Source: a virus (taxonomy: Duplodnaviria > Caudoviricetes). Taken from it: a stretch of 29,901 nt of DNA. Location of the stretch: IMG/VR virus record IMGVR_UViG_3300010362_000076, positions 1 to 29,901 of that record. One strand, 5' to 3'. The position numbers and the translations under genes were made by a program. Positions 23,955 through 29,901 of this stretch are shown in pieces; positions within the stretch are counted from its first letter, which is position 1; each line of letters begins with the position of its first letter. The notes beneath the pieces are model-generated. The model was not told the origin of the DNA and did no database searches. It was given only the letters and a program-made list of their open reading frames with translations.

Positions 23955-24082
23955 AACCAACGCGCGTTCGCCGGTCGCAGTCCGGCAGGCGTCATCAGCA
24001 GCTCGGCTGATTACCGAGTGAGAGGCGGCGCCCAACGTGGGCCAGCTCCACACGAACGCGCCAGCACTAGAGGAGGGCCACA

Positions 24083-25135
24083 GTGCCCATTCAGCTCGAC
24101 GACGTCAACACCACTGTGACGAAGGAGATCGAGCCGGGAGTAGTCGACGGCTACTTCAAGGCCGGTCCCTTCATCGCGATGGCGAAGGGGCGATTCAATC
24201 GGAAGTGGATCGGTCCCCAGATTCAGGAAAACTTCATGTACAAGCCGATGAAAGGCGGCTCGTACAAGAAGGGGACGACGTTCGATATCACCCGCAGACA
24301 AACGCGGACCGGCCTGCTCTTCGGCCCGCGCTACTACCAAGTCACCGTCTCCGAGTTCCTCGAAGACCTCGAAGTCGAGATGGCGGGTCCGCGCGCGGCG
24401 TTCAGCGTCATCCGCACCGACATGGCGCAGGCGTCGCTGACGATGTCGGCGATTCTCGAAATCGCAGCGTTCCATCACGGTCAGCCGGTCGTCGGCGACG
24501 ACCGCTCGATGGAGATCAACGGCCTCGAAGAAGCGCTGACCAACGGCGTCGATCCGACGTGGACCAACAACGTCTTCCCGTCCTACGGCGGACAGACGCG
24601 CGTCGACGTCGCGCCCGCGCTGACCGCGCCGACCGGCCTGGTCGCGGCGAATCTCAACGGCGCGCCGATCAGCTACCGCGTCCTGCGCCACTCGTACTAC
24701 TCGTGCATCATCGGCAACGAAGCGCCGGGCACCGCGATCACCACCAACCGCTGCATGGGGTTCATCAGCGAGAACTTCTTGCCGCACCAGATCATCGACA
24801 CGACGCAGCCGGAAATTGCGTGGCCAGGAATGAAATTCGATAAGGCCACGATCATGATGTCGCAGTACTGCCCCGGCGCCGACGGCGTCAACGACGACGA
24901 CCTGGGCAACTACTACGCGCCGAACGAAACCTTCTGGTGGTTGAACTTCGGCCCGCAGGGCGACGACGCGTACATCCGGCTCTACATCGCGCAGTCGCGG
25001 AAGTTCGCGTTCGGCTTCACCGGCTTCAAAGGGGCTCGCGAGGACAACCAGGTCGCCGGGCAAATTCTCTACGCCGGCAACCTCACAGTGAAGGCGCTGC
25101 GGCTGTCGCGCGTGCTTCACGGAATCGGGAGCTAA
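24083..25135 (+). CDS. major capsid protein (HK97 fold)
   Basis: 350 aa, GAGGAGG RBS, INGLEEAL, YGG..R, C-terminal Q...GNL......HG pattern; synteny. Confidence 0.85.
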   Translation: MPIQLDDVNTTVTKEIEPGVVDGYFKAGPFIAMAKGRFNRKWIGPQIQENFMYKPMKGGSYKKGTTFDITRRQTRTGLLFGPRYYQVTVSEFLEDLEVEMAGPRAAFSVIRTDMAQASLTMSAILEIAAFHHGQPVVGDDRSMEINGLEEALTNGVDPTWTNNVFPSYGGQTRVDVAPALTAPTGLVAANLNGAPISYRVLRHSYYSCIIGNEAPGTAITTNRCMGFISENFLPHQIIDTTQPEIAWPGMKFDKATIMMSQYCPGADGVNDDDLGNYYAPNETFWWLNFGPQGDDAYIRLYIAQSRKFAFGFTGFKGAREDNQVAGQILYAGNLTVKALRLSRVLHGIGS

Positions 25136-25139
25136 GGCC

Positions 25140-25694
25140 ATGCCGAATCGCTTTGAGCAACCCGCCGTCTATCTCCAGTCGGGGAATCCCGAAGGGGAGA
25201 ACACGCCGACTCTGCACGCGCCAGGTCTGCTCGGATCGCGCTTCACCGTGGTCCAGCCGACCGGTCGAGGCACGCCGCAGACGCCTGGCCGCGCGAAGCG
25301 CTACCAGATCGTGAAGACCGACTCGACGATGACCGTGGGGCCGTACCCCGGTGCGACGGCGTACTGGGTGGACAAACAGAACTACATGGTCACGACGGTC
25401 AACACCAACCTGAATGCGATCGCGGGGATCTTCAACAACCTCGTCGACAAGGGCAACTACACCTGCATCCAGTTCGGCGGACCGGGCTTCGTCAAGCTGG
25501 TCGACGCCGACGCGGTCGCTGCGGCAGTCGGCGACAACGTCATCGGCAGCGCCGCGACCGCCGGCAAGGGTGCGCGCATCGCGGCCGGCACCGCGCCGAC
25601 CAACGTCTCGCTCGGTCGGGTGTCGACGCCGCTCAACAAGCTGGCCAGCGAGGCGCGTGTGCAAGTCGACCTCGATGTGCCGGAGACCGTGTAG
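25140..25694 (+). CDS. putative capsid cement/decoration protein
   Basis: directly after MCP; RYQIVK, GNYTCIQFGG, AVGDNVIGS. Confidence 0.65.
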   Translation: MPNRFEQPAVYLQSGNPEGENTPTLHAPGLLGSRFTVVQPTGRGTPQTPGRAKRYQIVKTDSTMTVGPYPGATAYWVDKQNYMVTTVNTNLNAIAGIFNNLVDKGNYTCIQFGGPGFVKLVDADAVAAAVGDNVIGSAATAGKGARIAAGTAPTNVSLGRVSTPLNKLASEARVQVDLDVPETV

Positions 25695-25702
25695 GAGGGT
25701 CG

Positions 25703-26026
25703 ATGGCCACGATTGACAAGACGGCTGTCGGCTATCACGACAGCAGCAACACGCGCATCCGCAAGCTCGGGACCTATATCGGGCCGGTGAGCTACGTCAC
25801 CGGCGGCGATCCGATCAGCAACATGGACCTGGGCATGGGGAAGGTGGAGCTGATCCAGTTCGGGGTGGCGACCAACGGCACGCTCTACCGCGCGCTGGTC
25901 TTCGTCCCTGGCCCGAACAACAACAGCGGGTTCATCCGTTGGCTCGATGCGACCAACGGTACCGAGATCGCCAACGGCGCGAACCTGTCTGCGTACTCGA
26001 CACGCTTCGAGGCGATCGGGAAGTAG
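25703..26026 (+). CDS. small virion structural protein
   Basis: GPVSYVTGG, EIANGANLS..RFEAIG motifs; GGAGG RBS. Confidence 0.7.
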   Translation: MATIDKTAVGYHDSSNTRIRKLGTYIGPVSYVTGGDPISNMDLGMGKVELIQFGVATNGTLYRALVFVPGPNNNSGFIRWLDATNGTEIANGANLSAYSTRFEAIGK

Positions 26027-26027
26027 C

Positions 26028-26792
26028 GTGCCGGGCCTCTCCAGCTATCGGTCGGTCCCGAGCGGGATGTCGTTCGATCTCGACACGGGACCGACCCGGA
26101 AGGCGTTCGTCCTCTCGATGCCGGGCAACACCGCCGTCGTGGGCTTGACCGGCCAGGGCGTCTGGTCGGTCGAGGTCCTCACGACGACGGATGGCCTCAA
26201 CTACACGCTCGTCTCGACGCGCACGATGCCGGGCGAGTGGCGCTACGACACCAAGACCGCGGTGGCGATCGCGATCCGCGTCAGCAGCTTCACCAGCGGT
26301 ACGATCGTGGGGACGCTGACGCACGGTGGCGTGCAGCCGTTCACCTACGTCTCGCCGCTCTTCGGCTCGTTCCTGATCTACAGTTACAACGCGACGACCA
26401 CCGAGCCGCCGAGTGGCAACCAGATCCGGTTCAACAGCACCACCATGACGGCGGTGACCAAGGTCTGGATTCGCAACTCGACCGTCGACGGCAACGACGC
26501 CTACTTCGCGCTGCGGAAGATTCCCTTCGGCGGGACGATCCTGATCCAGGACCGCGACAACCACCTCAACGCGGCGCTCTTCCGCATCGTCAATCCGCTC
26601 GTCGACAAGGTCGACTACGTCGAGCTGCCGGTCATCTACAACCAGCACACCGGCACGCTCAGCTCGGCGCAGACGCTGGTCGCGGTGTTCGCACCAGGTC
26701 CGACGCTCAGCCTGAGCGCGACTGAGTTGAGCGGGGTGGGTGAGCCCGTGCCGCAGCTCCTGGAGAACGCCATGCTGCCGGAGGATGGCTGA
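26028..26792 (+). CDS. beta-rich virion protein
   Basis: GTG 26028; PPSGNQIRFNS...VWI...DG.D pattern; Thr/Ser-rich. Confidence 0.65.
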   Translation: MPGLSSYRSVPSGMSFDLDTGPTRKAFVLSMPGNTAVVGLTGQGVWSVEVLTTTDGLNYTLVSTRTMPGEWRYDTKTAVAIAIRVSSFTSGTIVGTLTHGGVQPFTYVSPLFGSFLIYSYNATTTEPPSGNQIRFNSTTMTAVTKVWIRNSTVDGNDAYFALRKIPFGGTILIQDRDNHLNAALFRIVNPLVDKVDYVELPVIYNQHTGTLSSAQTLVAVFAPGPTLSLSATELSGVGEPVPQLLENAMLPEDG

Positions 26793-27523
26793 TGCCGCCG
26801 TTCACCTACGGCGACTGCTGGCGCACGGTGCGGCTCTACTGCCCGATGGCGCCGACCTTCCTCGCCCGCGAGTGGGTCAACGCCGCGTGGAAGCAGCTCC
26901 TGGCGGCGCGGCGCTGGAGCTTCATGCGCGCGGAGCTGACGCTGCCGATTCTCTCGACCGACACCTACATCACGCTGCCGCTCGACTTCGCCAGCTTCAA
27001 GGTCGTCGTCGATCGCTCGCGCATGGTCCGCATCTCGTTCACGCATTCGATCGACGAGCTGGCGTGTGAAGACCCTGGCAACAGCGCGATGGGGCCGGTG
27101 ACCGCGCTCGTCGCCGCGCCGCCCTCGACGACACCGCCCACGGTCGGCCAGGTGCGCTACCAGGTCTACCCGCACGGCAGCGCCTCGACGCTCACCGCGA
27201 TCTACAACCGCCAGGGCGCGCGACTCGACGACACGTCGATTCTGATCGGTGTCCTCGCTGATGGGGGCGAAGTCCTGATCGCCGGCGCGCTCGCGCAAGC
27301 GGCGCTCTGGCCGGGCACCGGCGACAAACCGAATCCGTACTTCAACGCCGGCCTCGCGGCGACCAAGACCGACGAGTTCAAGTACGGCATCCAGATGCTC
27401 TCGCTGCGCGACGACGAGCAGGCGCCGGATGATCTGTGGGACAGCTGGCCGGAGTGCCACTGCACCAACCCGTCGCTCACCGGGTCGAGTGATGCACGCA
27501 CCAGCGACGCGAGCGCCTGGTGA
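26792..27523 (+). CDS. putative head-tail adaptor (P22 gp4/T7 gp11-like)
   Basis: WVNAAWKQL...RRWSF, YITLPLDF, VYP, LIAGALA pattern; synteny. Confidence 0.65.
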   Translation: MPPFTYGDCWRTVRLYCPMAPTFLAREWVNAAWKQLLAARRWSFMRAELTLPILSTDTYITLPLDFASFKVVVDRSRMVRISFTHSIDELACEDPGNSAMGPVTALVAAPPSTTPPTVGQVRYQVYPHGSASTLTAIYNRQGARLDDTSILIGVLADGGEVLIAGALAQAALWPGTGDKPNPYFNAGLAATKTDEFKYGIQMLSLRDDEQAPDDLWDSWPECHCTNPSLTGSSDARTSDASAW

Positions 27524-27536
27524 AATCCTCGAGGAA

Positions 27537-27553
27537 TATCACTTTGAGTGATA
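27537..27553. promoter_or_regulatory. 17-bp palindromic operator-like site
   Basis: TATCACT-TTG-AGTGATA in an AT-rich intergenic gap; same half-sites as 6109-6125. Confidence 0.5.
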
Positions 27554-27574
27554 GAGCTCTCGACGAGGGAGAAC

Positions 27575-27868
27575 ATGGCTGAGATCAAAACCTTCTGGGA
27601 CGACCCTGGCATGCCGATGTCGACGGACCTCTCCGGCGACGTGATCACGTCGAGCGGGAGCGATCCGAACGCGCAGGGCGGCGACGGCGAGAACGCGTGC
27701 GATCCGCTGTGGCCCGACTCGCCGGTGCCGCTGCTCAGCGACAAGGCCGAGTCGAGCAACTCGGTGTCGGGTCTGCCGGCGCTGCCGAACCGCTACGAGC
27801 CGGCGGGCACGCCGCCTGATCCGCCCGACCTGAAGGACCGCCGGCCCGGCACGATCGACGAGTCGTAG
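27575..27868 (+). CDS. acidic Pro/Asp/Ser-rich hypothetical protein
   Basis: ATG 27575 after GAGGGAG. Confidence 0.65.
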   Translation: MAEIKTFWDDPGMPMSTDLSGDVITSSGSDPNAQGGDGENACDPLWPDSPVPLLSDKAESSNSVSGLPALPNRYEPAGTPPDPPDLKDRRPGTIDES

Positions 27869-27874
27869 CACGGG

Positions 27875-29284
27875 ATGCCAAACGACCTTCCTGGCTACTC
27901 CGTGCGCTGCTCGGATGTGTACCAGTACGAGGCTACCCGTCCGTACTGGATGAACGCCGGCACGAACGTTGTGCTCGGGAAGTCGCCGCAGTGGATGAGC
28001 ACGTTTCTCAATATCCCGATCGTGCTCAACCCGAACTACACGCAAGGGACGACCTACCCGAACATCGCCGTCTCCGACTACCCGCGCGAACTCGACCCCG
28101 GCGTCCTGGCCCCACTCAACGTCGATTCGGGGACGTACCTCGGGACGCCGTGGCAGTGGCAGTGCGACGTCGAGCTGTACGCCGGCGGCGCGCTGCCGCC
28201 GATCCCCAGCCTGCCGTTCCAGCAGGCGGTGGTCTACTGGAGTGGCAACTCGTCGGTCAACAACGTCTTCCAGAACATCGCGACGCCGTTCCCGCTCGAC
28301 AGCGGGCGCGTCGTCGTGATGGCGACCTGTGCGTTCTTCCGCGGCACCTGCGTGAAGGCGTCGCACATGCCGTTCACGCAGCTGCTCGGTGCGGGCGTGA
28401 GCAGCGGCAACAACACGATCGGGCCGTTCACGGCGAGCGGCTTCAGCGTCTGCAACAACTCCGGCGTCCTGGCCTGGATGAATGAGAGCGGGCGGAACTA
28501 CTGCGCGCTCGTCTGGCGCGATCCCAACCCCGCGGGGTTCGGCGCGCACATGGGGCTGACCAGCTACGTCGGGGGCGGGCCGCACGTTGCGCAGATTGAG
28601 GTCTTTCCTGGGTCGGCGGCGTTCGGGCGCAACCAGCTCACGCTCTCCGACGTGGGCGCGATGGTGCTGCCGAGCGGCCCGGTGATTCAGACGTGGAATA
28701 GCCCGATGAGCGGCAGCTTCAACGCGGCGTGGCCGGGCACGGGCGCTGCCGTCTTCGCCACGGTCAACCTGAGCGGCAGCGAGCAGTGCATCAGCACCGG
28801 CCTCGGCAACAACACCCACGTCTGGATCATCGGGCGCGACGCGGCGTACTGCTCGTTTGACTTCGCGCCAGCCGGGCTCGCCGGCAAATCGGTGTCGCTC
28901 ATCAACGATCACAGCGCCAATGGCAACCCGATCAGCAACATGATCCTGAGCCTGGGCGATCCGATCAAAGTGGGCACCGACTGGTCGGTCAACATGAACG
29001 GCCAGACCTACTACGTCATCGCCTTCAACGTGAACCGTGGCATCTACGCGGCGAACATCTTCCGCAGCTTCGGTTTCGCCTCCACTGCCGTCAATCCTGA
29101 GCGGGTCACCTTCCCGTTCTTTCCGAGCTACAGCCTCGCGGAGCGCGTGCAGAACAGCGGCATCGTTTCGACCGGCGGACTGTTTCGCTCGGCGGATAGC
29201 TCGATGCACGGAACGGTCGCGACGACCTCGGTTGGCTTCTCGGATGGCGGTAGCTCCTCGACCGGGGTGGTCGGTGTGGGCTGA
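27875..29284 (+). CDS. beta-rich virion/tail-associated protein
   Basis: 469 aa, G/S/N/T-rich, structural module context. Confidence 0.7.
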   Translation: MPNDLPGYSVRCSDVYQYEATRPYWMNAGTNVVLGKSPQWMSTFLNIPIVLNPNYTQGTTYPNIAVSDYPRELDPGVLAPLNVDSGTYLGTPWQWQCDVELYAGGALPPIPSLPFQQAVVYWSGNSSVNNVFQNIATPFPLDSGRVVVMATCAFFRGTCVKASHMPFTQLLGAGVSSGNNTIGPFTASGFSVCNNSGVLAWMNESGRNYCALVWRDPNPAGFGAHMGLTSYVGGGPHVAQIEVFPGSAAFGRNQLTLSDVGAMVLPSGPVIQTWNSPMSGSFNAAWPGTGAAVFATVNLSGSEQCISTGLGNNTHVWIIGRDAAYCSFDFAPAGLAGKSVSLINDHSANGNPISNMILSLGDPIKVGTDWSVNMNGQTYYVIAFNVNRGIYAANIFRSFGFASTAVNPERVTFPFFPSYSLAERVQNSGIVSTGGLFRSADSSMHGTVATTSVGFSDGGSSSTGVVGVG

Positions 29285-29709
29285 TGGGCTACGTCGATCT
29301 TGGCAACGGGGTCGCGCCGGCGAGTGAACACACGGTCGGCTACGCGGCGATCAGCGGCGCGACGACGGCGGACGCTGGCCCGCTCGGCGTCACCTGCGTC
29401 GTTGGGACGGCGACCGCGGGCACCTACTACTACAGCGCGCTCGTCGCCAGCGGCGGCGTCGCGCCGTACACGTTCTCGATCATCGCGGGCACGACGCCGC
29501 CGGGGCTGATCTTCGATACGCGGGCGGGCACGTTCTACGGCGTCCCGACCACCGGCGGGACGTACACCTTTCTGGTGCGCGTGCTCGATGATACCGGCGC
29601 CGCGTCGCAGACGACGCACACCTGCACGGTCGTGGTCGCGGGACCGCCCCCGCCGCCGATCCTGCCGCCCTGGACACCGGGGGCTTGCGAAGCCGGCATT
29701 CTGCCCTGA
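29284..29709 (+). CDS. putative Ig-domain (He_PIG-like) protein
   Basis: ASGGVAPYTFSIIAGTTPPGL.FD...G.F.GVPTTGGTYTF.VRV.D. Confidence 0.8.
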   Translation: MGYVDLGNGVAPASEHTVGYAAISGATTADAGPLGVTCVVGTATAGTYYYSALVASGGVAPYTFSIIAGTTPPGLIFDTRAGTFYGVPTTGGTYTFLVRVLDDTGAASQTTHTCTVVVAGPPPPPILPPWTPGACEAGILP

Positions 29710-29719
29710 GAGTTGAAGC

Positions 29720-29901
29720 GTGCCGTACACCGTCACGACCCTCCTCCAGCTGCAGAACGACATGGTCCAGCGGTGGGACCAGGTCGTGTTCTGGACGCCA
29801 GAGGAAGCGCGCCTGGCGATCAACGAGGCGCTGCGGGAGTGGAACCTGCTCACCGGGCGCTGGCGTACGCGCGTCAACCTGACGGTCGCCGCGAACAACC
29901 C
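29720..29901 (+). CDS. second adaptor-like protein, N-terminal part (runs off window)
   Basis: GTG 29720; TLLQLQNDM...FWTPEEARLAINEALREW. Confidence 0.6.
   Translation, partial: MPYTVTTLLQLQNDMVQRWDQVVFWTPEEARLAINEALREWNLLTGRWRTRVNLTVAANN

Noticed and set aside
23960-24061. Hammerhead-like CTGATGA...GAA on the minus strand of the capsid leader
   Set aside because: Has GAAC rather than GAAA, stem II is not register-correct, and it is antisense to the operon
25120-25145. Programmed frameshift or readthrough extending the capsid protein
   Set aside because: No slippery heptamer, and the next gene is out of frame with its own ATG
8383-29209. Long antisense or alternate-frame ORFs (e.g. 8383-9897, 12622-14322, 14174-16042, 20048-22219, 27539-29209 minus; 19957-21693 plus)
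   Set aside because: Shadow ORFs expected from high-GC codon bias over real genes; Arg/Ala/Gly-rich with no motifs

Overview
The window is a GC-rich (roughly 68-70% by eye) segment of a tailed dsDNA phage genome, probably podovirus-like. Two arms diverge from an A-tract-rich junction at about 5700-6130. The left arm (1-5544, minus strand) is an early-type operon of small genes with strong RBSs, including DUF932, a SpoVG-like gene, DpnD/PcfM-like genes and zinc fingers. It is driven by a sigma70-type promoter with a triple 11-bp Pho-box-like repeat. It carries two DNA-level signatures that are much rarer in the right arm: about threefold CCWGG enrichment and 11 same-orientation copies of CTCGTGC, which resembles a Chi site. 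The right arm (plus strand) starts with small hypothetical genes, including a stand-alone CapW/BrxR-type winged HTH and a tRNA-Gln(CTG) nested in a coupled ORF. It continues with a TerS-like gene, TerL, a head-decoration/LamG cassette, an HExxH peptidase, an FmdB zinc ribbon, portal, scaffold, major capsid, decoration, adaptor and Ig-domain structural genes. No integrase, CRISPR array, DGR or endolysin was recognised. All family assignments are from motif recognition by eye, not database searches.
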